Source of the DNA: Acidobacteriota bacterium
GTDB taxonomy: Bacteria > Acidobacteriota > UBA6911 > RPQK01 > JAJDTT01
DNA: 64,000 nucleotides
Direction of reading: 5' to 3'
NCBI GenBank assembly: GCA_965209055.1
Contig: OZ242374.1
Coordinates: 288,001-352,000, forward strand
A program made the position numbers and the translations under genes. Positions 49,680 through 58,132 of the stretch are shown here, piece after piece. Under the pieces are notes generated by a model. It saw only the letters and a list, made by a program, of their open reading frames with translations. It did no database searches and was not told where the DNA came from. Position 1 is the stretch's first letter. The number at the start of each line of letters is the position of its first letter.

Positions 49680-49778
49680 TGAATCGGTTTCTGAAAGCCG
49701 ACGTGCCCGTTTTCCCCTTCCGTTGCCTGGCTCAGAGACCTTATCAATTGGGGATTATCCAGTTGACTTGACATATTC

Positions 49779-50021
49779 CTACGGAACCTCCTGGGATTTC
49801 GTCCGATAGGACCACGTTCTGTGCTTATGACCATGACCTATCAAGGTCAGACTCACCTGGCCAATCCCGCCATTGCGACACGCCTGAACGATGACCTCTT
49901 CGCGTAGCAACTCCTCCAACTTCTGTTCCAACAGGTCATAGATCTTGGGTGCTGCCGAGTCTGTAAGTTGTTCCCTGTTCCCCGATCCGACGGTTACCAC
50001 ATCGGCATGATCGTTCATCAT
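49779..50021 (-). CDS. Hypothetical protein (80 aa)
   Basis: Purine-rich upstream sequence and a protein-like amphipathic helix (KIYDLLEQKLEELLREE); no recognisable family. Confidence 0.4.
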   Translation of the reverse strand: MMNDHADVVTVGSGNREQLTDSAAPKIYDLLEQKLEELLREEVIVQACRNGGIGQVSLTLIGHGHKHRTWSYRTKSQEVP

Positions 50022-50531
50022 CTCCTAGCCTTTCCCAAAGATTTCTTTGTGCCGAGCTGGTCTGCCGGAGGCCGAAGGTGTCCGGCTTCGAACGGCTCGG
50101 CATTCCCAAGAATCGGCATCCCCGGCAAGTGTACTACGGCACGGTGGGGAAGACCCGGCGCTACTTGGTGTTCAAACTGCCGATTGCCGTCGAGGACGAC
50201 CGGGTCGTCCTCGACGGTGTCGATCCGGAGCCTGTGGCCACCAAGGGTCTGCGCTCCTGGATAGCGGCGCACCGGCGGTGGAGGATCGCTCCGTCTCAGG
50301 TGTGATCGCGATGACCACTCTCGACCGCCGCAAAGGTTTTTGGAGACTCGTTTCGGGTGTGCGTCAAGGGGTCTCGCGCCCGATCCGGGAGTGTGAATGG
50401 GACATGGGGGGTGGATTCACAAAAAGCGGTCCCGGTGATTCACACCTCCGCTTTCCCCGATCTGTTTTCCTTTCAGTCAGTTACGGCCCCATGCCCTGGG
50501 GTCCGCGTGGCCGCTCCGGGAGATCGGAGGT

Positions 50532-50631
50532 GGACGGGAGCGACCCCCCCTTTTTGCTGCCCGGTGCGGGCGCGGGGGTGTTGCGCAATTCACATTTGCG
50601 CAACACCCCCTGGGGGGGGTCGCTCCCGTCC
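50532..50631. other. Nested perfect inverted repeats (candidate oriT, ori or structured RNA)
   Basis: 19-bp outer arms at 50532-50550 and 50613-50631; 15-bp inner arms at 50574-50588 and 50596-50610. Confidence 0.6.
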
Positions 50632-51100
50632 CAAATATCCTTGCAGGAAGGCCCGGAGAAACCCCGTCTGTGCGCTTCCACGCAAAGACCGGACCACAAA
50701 GAGAGTTGCTGACGCACCGGAGAGAGACCCCATGAAGTGTCGGTATCCGGTTCTGGTTCTGGCTGGTTTGGCGGTAGTGACCGGGCACTACCAACAATGA
50801 CCCCTTTACCGGGCCGGGAGACAATGCCGTGCAGAATCTGATCGCCTTTCAGGATCTTCCGTTCGTACCGTGATCCAGGTGTCGTATTCCGCGGTCTCGG
50901 GCATCAATGTTACGCTGGCCGGTGTTTTCCAGCAGCCAGGAAGCCGCCTTACGCTTGATGTCTCGCCAGAATCAATCGACGAACTTGGGGTAGAATTGGT
51001 CTTGGAGGCGTTCCGCGAGGTGCGAACGGACACCGCGCCTAGCCAAGCCTCTTGCGGACACTCGCAGTTCAACTGATTGTCCGGCATCCAAGGGAGGATC

Positions 51101-53713
51101 ATGGCACCGCGCGGCAGCAAGGCGAGGCGGAACATCGAGACTTACGCGCACTCCGATAAGGAACGTGTCAACAACCCGCCGGTCGGATTGGTGACACCGG
51201 AGACAGATAGAGACGCTGGCGGTCAGCCCTACGCCCACGACCCGCATCTCGACCCTCAACTCTCCTGGGCCGGCAAGGCGGAGCACACATCCTTCGACGT
51301 ACCGACGGTCTCACTGCATGTGCACGAGCGGATCGACCCGCGTACGATTATCGAAGCGGTACGCAAGCCGAACGGCACCAAACGGCAGATGTCGCTGTTC
51401 GCTTCACCAAGTGAGAACCCGCCGCTCCGCCAAGCTATCGAGTTCTACAGGCACCGCCACAACTGGACCAACCGGCTGATCGCCGGTGACAGCCTTCTGG
51501 TCATGAACAGCATGATCGAGAAGGAGGGCTTGGGAGGACACGTCCAGATGGTCTACATCGACCCGCCTTACGGAATCCGCTACGGCTCCAACTTCCAGCC
51601 TTTCGTGAACCGGCGCGACGTGAGGGACGGCCGAGATGAGGATCTTACCCATGAGCCGGAGACGATCCGTGCTTTCCGAGATACTTGGGAGCTTGGCATC
51701 CACTCCTATCTCTCGCATCTGCGGGATCGTTTGTTGCTGGCGCGTGAACTACTCCATGAAACCGGAAGCTGCTTCGTACAGATCGGCGATGAGAACGTAC
51801 ACCACGTCCGGGAGGTGCTGGACGAGGTATTTGGGACGCACAATTATGTTACGCAGATCTATTTTTCGACCACAGGTGGGTTCGCTTCGTCAACGCTGAG
51901 CAGGGTCGGCGATTACCTTGTTTGGTATGCACGCGATCGATCCCGCATCAAGTGTCATCAGCTCTTCCAGGGCAAGCCGGGAATGGATACCGGAGATGCC
52001 GCCTATAAGAATCTCGAACTGGCGGACGGATCCCGAAGGTCTATGTCACGGGAGGAGCGCAACGGTCGTGAGCCGATTCCCGACGGCGCCCGAATCTTCA
52101 CCTATGACAATCTCCAGGGTTCAGGTTCGGCGAGCATTGACACGCCCTTTGAGTTCAACGGTGAAATATTCCGGCCCAATAGAAACAACCACTGGAAGGC
52201 GGCTTGGCCGGACGGAATGGCGCGGCTCAGGGCCGCCCGCCGCATCGGTCGTGTTGGGAATACGCTCCGGTACATTCGGTATATGGAGGACAATCCGGTA
52301 AACCCGCTGACAAATTCGTGGATGGATACGTCGTTTGCGGGGTTTGCGACGAACAAAAAGTACGTTGTAGAAACCAACCCCAAGGTTGTCCAGCGCTGTA
52401 TCTTGATGACCACGGATCCCGGCGATCTGGTCTTCGATCCGACCTGCGGTAGCGGAACCAGTGCGTACGTTGCCGAGCAATGGGGGCGGCGCTGGATCAC
52501 CTGCGACACGTCTCGAGTGGCAACCGCCTTGGCCAAACAGCGTCTGATGACCGCCAAGTTCGACTACTACGATCTTGCGCAAGCGGATGAAGGAGTTGGC
52601 AGCGGCTTCAAATATAAAACCGTGCCTCATGTGACCCTCGGCTCCATCGCCAACAACCCGGACATCAGCGAGGGTATGACACGGGAGCAGATCGGTCACG
52701 CCATCACGCGGCATGCGTCGCAGAAGACACTTTACGATCAGCCTGCTACCGACCGTACCAAAGCTCGCGTGACAGGCCCGTTCACGGTCGAAGCGGTCCC
52801 CGCCCCGTCTGTGCTCCCACTCGACGACATTTCCGAGGGTGAGGTGTTGCCCGCCGACGCCTCGGTGGCGCGCACGGGGCCGACGATTCGACAAGGCGAC
52901 TGGCGCGACGAACTTCTGAAGACCGGCATTCGCGGCAAGGCTGGCCAACACGTCTCGTTCGTGCGGCTGGAGCCGTTGCCTGGCGCAAAATGGCTTCACG
53001 CCGAGGGCGAGACGAGGCTCGACGAAGCTCCGGGACAAGGTGCTCCAGACACCGCGCCTAGCTCTCGCGTAGTCGTATCGTTCGGGCCGGATCACGCACC
53101 GATGGAGCAACGTCAAGTGGCGCTCGCGATCGAGGAATCGCATCGCTTGGTTCCGAAGCCGGCGGTCATCGTCTTCGCGGCATTTCAGTTCGACCCCGAG
53201 ACGTCGAAGGACATCGACGAGACAAACTGGCCCGGCGTCACGTTGCTCAAGGCGCAGATGAACGCCGACCTACTGACCGATGACCTCAAGAAGAAACGGG
53301 CGAGTAACGAGAGCTTCTGGCTCATTGGCCAACCGGACGTGGCGCTGGAGCACATTCCGGAAGGGGAGGACGAAGGCAGATTCCAGGTCTCGGTCCGAGG
53401 ATTCGACTACTACAACACAAAGACCGGCAATGTGGAGTCCGGCGGAGCCGACCGGATCGCACTCTGGATGCTTGACCCTGACTACGACGGGCGTAGCCTG
53501 TTCCCGCACCAAGTGTTTTTCCCGATGGCCAGCGCCAAGGATGGCTGGGCTAAGCTGGCCCGGAGCCTCAAAGCCGAGATCGACGCGACACTGATGACAT
53601 CCTACCATGGGACCGTCTCCCTCCCCTTCAAGTCTGGCAAGCAGGGGCGCGTAGCGGTCAAGATCGTGGACGACCGAGGTGTCGAGAGCCTCAAGATCGT
53701 GGAATTGGAGTAG
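51101..53713 (+). CDS. mod: Type III restriction-modification DNA methyltransferase (Mod, N6-adenine beta-class)
   Basis: NRLIAGDSL, VYIDPPY, AFRDTW, DLVFDPTCGSGT; GGGAGG Shine-Dalgarno before the ATG at 51101. Confidence 0.92.
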   Translation: MAPRGSKARRNIETYAHSDKERVNNPPVGLVTPETDRDAGGQPYAHDPHLDPQLSWAGKAEHTSFDVPTVSLHVHERIDPRTIIEAVRKPNGTKRQMSLFASPSENPPLRQAIEFYRHRHNWTNRLIAGDSLLVMNSMIEKEGLGGHVQMVYIDPPYGIRYGSNFQPFVNRRDVRDGRDEDLTHEPETIRAFRDTWELGIHSYLSHLRDRLLLARELLHETGSCFVQIGDENVHHVREVLDEVFGTHNYVTQIYFSTTGGFASSTLSRVGDYLVWYARDRSRIKCHQLFQGKPGMDTGDAAYKNLELADGSRRSMSREERNGREPIPDGARIFTYDNLQGSGSASIDTPFEFNGEIFRPNRNNHWKAAWPDGMARLRAARRIGRVGNTLRYIRYMEDNPVNPLTNSWMDTSFAGFATNKKYVVETNPKVVQRCILMTTDPGDLVFDPTCGSGTSAYVAEQWGRRWITCDTSRVATALAKQRLMTAKFDYYDLAQADEGVGSGFKYKTVPHVTLGSIANNPDISEGMTREQIGHAITRHASQKTLYDQPATDRTKARVTGPFTVEAVPAPSVLPLDDISEGEVLPADASVARTGPTIRQGDWRDELLKTGIRGKAGQHVSFVRLEPLPGAKWLHAEGETRLDEAPGQGAPDTAPSSRVVVSFGPDHAPMEQRQVALAIEESHRLVPKPAVIVFAAFQFDPETSKDIDETNWPGVTLLKAQMNADLLTDDLKKKRASNESFWLIGQPDVALEHIPEGEDEGRFQVSVRGFDYYNTKTGNVESGGADRIALWMLDPDYDGRSLFPHQVFFPMASAKDGWAKLARSLKAEIDATLMTSYHGTVSLPFKSGKQGRVAVKIVDDRGVESLKIVELE

Positions 53714-53739
53714 TGGAGGCTTCAGTGCGCCCGGGGACC

Positions 53740-54078
53740 ATGACTGCCAAAGACCAAGAGCGGCTGGCTTCCCGTATCGGCCTATCCATGAATGCCATCG
53801 CCGCGTTTTGCGACCGCTGGCAAGTGGAGGAACTTTCACTATTCGGTTCCGTGCTGCGCGATGATTTTGGGTGTGACAGCGACATCGACATACTGATCCG
53901 TTTCAAGACTCATCGTGCTCCGGGGCTGTTTGGGATTGCCGGAATGGAGCGGGAGCTGGCTGAATTGCTCGACCGCAGGGTCGATTTGGTGAACCGCGCC
54001 GCCATCGAGGAGAGTCGAAACTACATTCGTCGAAAGGCGATCCTGGAATCCGCGCAGGTTGTCTATGCCGCGCGATGA
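53740..54078 (+). CDS. mntA: Minimal nucleotidyltransferase (MNT) antitoxin
   Basis: LFGSVLRDDFGCDSDIDILI (GS-X10-DXD); RRVDLV. An alternative GTG start at 53713 overlaps the mod stop. Confidence 0.88.
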   Translation: MTAKDQERLASRIGLSMNAIAAFCDRWQVEELSLFGSVLRDDFGCDSDIDILIRFKTHRAPGLFGIAGMERELAELLDRRVDLVNRAAIEESRNYIRRKAILESAQVVYAAR

Positions 54079-54409
54079 CTCAGCGTATCTGCTGGACATG
54101 CTGCTTGCCGCGCGCGACGCGGTGTCCTTCACAGTAGGCATTTCGTACGACGAATTCGTACGAGACCGGCGGACCCAACTCTCTGTTCTGAAGTCGGTGG
54201 AGATCGTGGGCGAGGCGGCCGCACATGTGAGCGATGAAGCGAAGCGGGCGCACCCGGCCATCCCCTGGCGGGAGATCGTGGGCATCCGCAACCGTCTCGT
54301 ACACGTCTACTTCGACATAGACCTGCTACTCGTCTGGAATACGGTTCGTAATGACCTCCCGGTTCTGATTGGGCAATTAGAGCCCCTAGTACCACCGGAG
54401 GCCGGATAG
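54065..54409 (+). CDS. hepT: HEPN (DUF86) ribonuclease toxin
   Basis: EIVGEAA, IPWREIVGIRNRLVHVYF (RX4HXY). Confidence 0.9.
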   Translation: MPRDDSAYLLDMLLAARDAVSFTVGISYDEFVRDRRTQLSVLKSVEIVGEAAAHVSDEAKRAHPAIPWREIVGIRNRLVHVYFDIDLLLVWNTVRNDLPVLIGQLEPLVPPEAG

Positions 54410-57219
54410 TGCCACGCTCTACCATCGACCGGCTGATCGTCAATTCTCCCTACGAGGAACCGGCACAGCATTGGAGCTACGATCGGACTACGCGCCTGTT
54501 CGATCTTGCAGATGGTCGCAGACCCGCAGGATATGTGGTGGCATCGGGAGAGTCCCGGGCGTTCGACGATCCCGGCGCGTTTCGTGAAATTCCTCTGGTC
54601 AACCGAATCCGAGAGCGGGTCAAGGCGTGGCGTGCCGCTAGCTACCCCGGCGTGACAGGGATCACGAAGCGTCTTTTGGAGTACTGGCAGGATCCCGAAG
54701 AGTTCGAGAGCCGCCGGTTTTTCTTCTGCCAGCTTGAGGCGGTCGAAACGCTCATCTGGCTCACCGAAGCGCCGTCGGCCGAACGGGTGGGTATCGATAT
54801 CCCGTCCGACAGCGGCGCGTTCACGCGGCTCTGCGCCAAGATGGCGACCGGCTCCGGCAAGACCGTCGTCATGGCCATGGTCATCGCCTGGCATGTCCTC
54901 AACAAGGTGACAAACCCCCGAGATACCCGGTTCGCCCAGAATGTCCTTGTGGTCGCCCCCGGCCTTACGGTGCGGAGCCGACTGGCCGTTCTCGGACCGT
55001 CTCATGCCGAGAACTATTACGAGGCCTTCCGCGTCGTGCCTCCGGCACTGTTCGACAAGCTGCGCCGGGGCAAGGTCGTAATCCGCAACTGGCACGCGCT
55101 CAACTGGGAGACGGACGAGCGGATCGCCCGCAAGCGTAGCGTCGACAAGCGTGGCGCTAAGAGCGACGAAGCCTATGTCCGTGACGTGCTCGGGGACATG
55201 GCGAGCGCGAGGAACATTCTGGTGGTCAACGACGAGGCGCATCATGCATGGCGAGTGCCAGCCGGAGCCAAGATCAAGGGCGTCGCCAAGGGCACCGTCG
55301 AGGAAGCGACCAAATGGGTTGGCGGGTTGGACCGCATCCACCGGGCGCGGGGTATCCTCGTCTGCTACGACTTCTCCGCGACACCCTTCGTGCCATCGGG
55401 CAAGCGGAGTTCCGAAGAAGCGCTGTTCGGCTGGATCGTGAGCGATTTTGGCTTGAACGACGCCATCGAGTCCGGCTTGGTGAAGACGCCCCGGGTCGTG
55501 ATTCGCGACGATGCGGTGCCCGACGCCAAGACCTACAAGTCCCGCCTCTACCACATCTACAACGACTCTGAGGTCAGGGATGACCTTAACCGGCCGGCCA
55601 AGCCGGCGGAACCATTGCCGGACCTAGTGACGAACGGATACTACCTGCTCGGATACGACTGGCGCGAAACCGCCAGGGAATGGGCGGCGCGTGGAAATGC
55701 TACGCCTCCCGTGATGATCACAGTTGCTAACCGCACCCAGACAGCGGCCCGGATCAAACATGCGTTCGACCGCAAGCGGGTTCACATCGACGAACTCTGC
55801 GACCCCGAGCGGACGCTACATATCGACTCGAAGGTGCTCGCGACGGCAGAAGCCGCCGAGGAGCCGATCGCCAAGGTTGCAGCCGAAGGTAGCCGAGACC
55901 ACCCCGATAAGGTCCGAGTACGCAAATTGACGAAAAAGCAGCAGGCTGAACTGTTGCGTCAGCAGGTGGATACGGTGGGTCGGCTTGGACACGCAGGAGA
56001 ACGGATTCAGAACGTAATTTCGGTCGGAATGCTCTCGGAGGGCTGGGATGCGAAGACTGTCACCCACATCATGGGCCTCCGCGCCTTCACGAGTCAGCTT
56101 CTCTGTGAGCAGGTGGTGGGACGTGGACTGCGCCGCACGTCCTACGACGTGAACCCGAAAACCAGGCTTTTCGAGCCGGAATACGTCAACGTCTTCGGCG
56201 TACCCTTCACCTTCCTGCCGCACGAGGGCGGCGGGGATGGCCCACCCCCGCCGCCGAAACCCAAGACCGCTATTGAACCCGTGAGGGACAGACAACAGCT
56301 TTTCGAGATTTCATGGCCCAATGTCGTGCGTATCAATCACACCTACCGGCCGCGTCTGTCGCTCGATTGGGACCGGATAATGCCCCTCGTGCTCGATGCC
56401 GCCCGAACCGCACAGCTCGCCGAGCTGGCGCCCACGATCGACGGCAAGCCGGACACCACGAAGATTGATTCCATAGACCTCCAAGACCTCGCCCTCGAAT
56501 TCCGCACCCAGCGCATCATCTTCGAGACTGCGCGGGACGTGTACGACCAGATTCGGGAAAACTGGCCGGGCGAACGGACATTCCTGCTCGCGCAACTTGT
56601 GCGGCTCGTCGAACAGTTCATCCGGTCCGACAAGATCGCAATTATCCCCCCACTATTCCAAGTCGACGAGCTCAAGCGCCGCCTCGTCGTCACGCTAAAC
56701 ATGACCAAGGTGGTACAACACATCTGGGAAGCGATCCGCCACGAGAACACGGAGAGGCTAGAGCCGGTCTTCGACCGGGATCAGCCGATCCGCGCCACTG
56801 GAGACATGCGCACATGGTATACGGGTAAGCCTTGCGAACCCACGGCCCACAGCCACATCAACTTCTGCGTCTTCGACAGCGCGTGGGAAGCGTCCGAGGC
56901 TTTCGTGCTTGACAACGCCCCCGAGGTGGCCACGTGGGTTAAGAACGACCATCTTGGCTTCGAAGTGTTGTACGTCCATCGAGGCGTAGTGCGGAAATAC
57001 CGTCCCGACTTCCTTATCCGTCTCACGTCGGGCGACATGCTGGTGTTAGAGACCAAGGGCCGAGACACCGACCGCGAACGGACCAAGCGCATGTTCCTCG
57101 CCGAATGGGTCGAAGCCGTAAATCAGCATGGCGGGTTTGGACGCTGGGCTTGGGATGTCTCGACGACACCTGGCGACATCTACGGCATCCTCGAACGCCA
57201 CTTGCGCGGCGCTGCCTGA
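54409..57219 (+). CDS. res: Type III restriction endonuclease Res subunit (SF2 helicase + PD-(D/E)XK nuclease)
   Basis: KMATGSGKT (Walker A), NDEAHH, FSATP, MLSEGWD, EQVVGRGLRR, YRPDFL...VLETKG. Confidence 0.92.
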   Translation: MPRSTIDRLIVNSPYEEPAQHWSYDRTTRLFDLADGRRPAGYVVASGESRAFDDPGAFREIPLVNRIRERVKAWRAASYPGVTGITKRLLEYWQDPEEFESRRFFFCQLEAVETLIWLTEAPSAERVGIDIPSDSGAFTRLCAKMATGSGKTVVMAMVIAWHVLNKVTNPRDTRFAQNVLVVAPGLTVRSRLAVLGPSHAENYYEAFRVVPPALFDKLRRGKVVIRNWHALNWETDERIARKRSVDKRGAKSDEAYVRDVLGDMASARNILVVNDEAHHAWRVPAGAKIKGVAKGTVEEATKWVGGLDRIHRARGILVCYDFSATPFVPSGKRSSEEALFGWIVSDFGLNDAIESGLVKTPRVVIRDDAVPDAKTYKSRLYHIYNDSEVRDDLNRPAKPAEPLPDLVTNGYYLLGYDWRETAREWAARGNATPPVMITVANRTQTAARIKHAFDRKRVHIDELCDPERTLHIDSKVLATAEAAEEPIAKVAAEGSRDHPDKVRVRKLTKKQQAELLRQQVDTVGRLGHAGERIQNVISVGMLSEGWDAKTVTHIMGLRAFTSQLLCEQVVGRGLRRTSYDVNPKTRLFEPEYVNVFGVPFTFLPHEGGGDGPPPPPKPKTAIEPVRDRQQLFEISWPNVVRINHTYRPRLSLDWDRIMPLVLDAARTAQLAELAPTIDGKPDTTKIDSIDLQDLALEFRTQRIIFETARDVYDQIRENWPGERTFLLAQLVRLVEQFIRSDKIAIIPPLFQVDELKRRLVVTLNMTKVVQHIWEAIRHENTERLEPVFDRDQPIRATGDMRTWYTGKPCEPTAHSHINFCVFDSAWEASEAFVLDNAPEVATWVKNDHLGFEVLYVHRGVVRKYRPDFLIRLTSGDMLVLETKGRDTDRERTKRMFLAEWVEAVNQHGGFGRWAWDVSTTPGDIYGILERHLRGAA

Positions 57220-57405
57220 CCTGTACGAGTAGCCGGGCATGAGCCAAGGACGGACCGCGACTCACAAAGCTCGTCGCTCGCGACCCTACAAGGGGTTGTC
57301 GACGTTACTTGGTCGATTGCCGGATCCGAAGGCCGTCGGCATCTCGCGGTAGGCAGATCGCAAGGGACCGCGCACCCCAACTGTGCCGCCGCTGAAGGAG
57401 GAACG

Positions 57406-57981
57406 ATGATCTACCCGAAAGAAACGCTCACCCTAAAATTGTCAATGCCCCAGGAAGCCTGGGACCATTGGAAGTGCGGCCTGGGTAGGACACCGGTAGG
57501 AGCCGTTGTCCGAGAAGGGATTGAAGAGGTCCGGACACACCCCAAGGCACTCGCGAAACTAAAGCACCAATGCAAACATGTACGCGAATCTTCGGCGGCC
57601 TTTTCGAAAGATCTGCCAGAACCATCGGAGGCGGTCGTCATTGAGATTCAACTGCCCGGTGCTGACTGGATCGAGGTCTGTCAGCTGATCGGGGAACTAG
57701 ACACAGCCTTACACGACGGGCCGGTCAGCGACCAAGAACTACTCGCGGCGGTGATACTCGAGAGCGGAAGCTGGAAACAAACCGCAAAGGCCGAGTTTCG
57801 AGCTGGGTGGTGTACAAACCAACTGATTTCCTCTTCCACTAGCGGTCTGCTGAGATTCCACCTGGGAAAGCGGGGAAAGTTCGTAGCAGCAGTAGCAGCA
57901 GGAGCCACCGTGGTGATCGCAGCGACCACTGTTGCTCAAGCCGTGGCCTTATTTTGGGGGCTGTACTGCGAGTGCGGATAG
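57406..57981 (+). CDS. Hypothetical protein with C-terminal transmembrane helix
   Basis: AAGGAGG Shine-Dalgarno; hydrophobic tail FVAAVAAGATVVIAATTVAQAVALFWGL. Confidence 0.6.
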   Translation: MIYPKETLTLKLSMPQEAWDHWKCGLGRTPVGAVVREGIEEVRTHPKALAKLKHQCKHVRESSAAFSKDLPEPSEAVVIEIQLPGADWIEVCQLIGELDTALHDGPVSDQELLAAVILESGSWKQTAKAEFRAGWCTNQLISSSTSGLLRFHLGKRGKFVAAVAAGATVVIAATTVAQAVALFWGLYCECG

Positions 57982-58132
57982 GGCGTGGTGATGACGACTG
58001 AACCGGCACGAGATCGACTGGGGGCAGAGGAGAGATGTCAATCTAACAACTCCTGACCATCATCGCTCCCTCTTCCGTTACGATCGCCACTGGACCTTCG
58101 TTACGCTCGACAGACGATGATGCAAGCCGATG

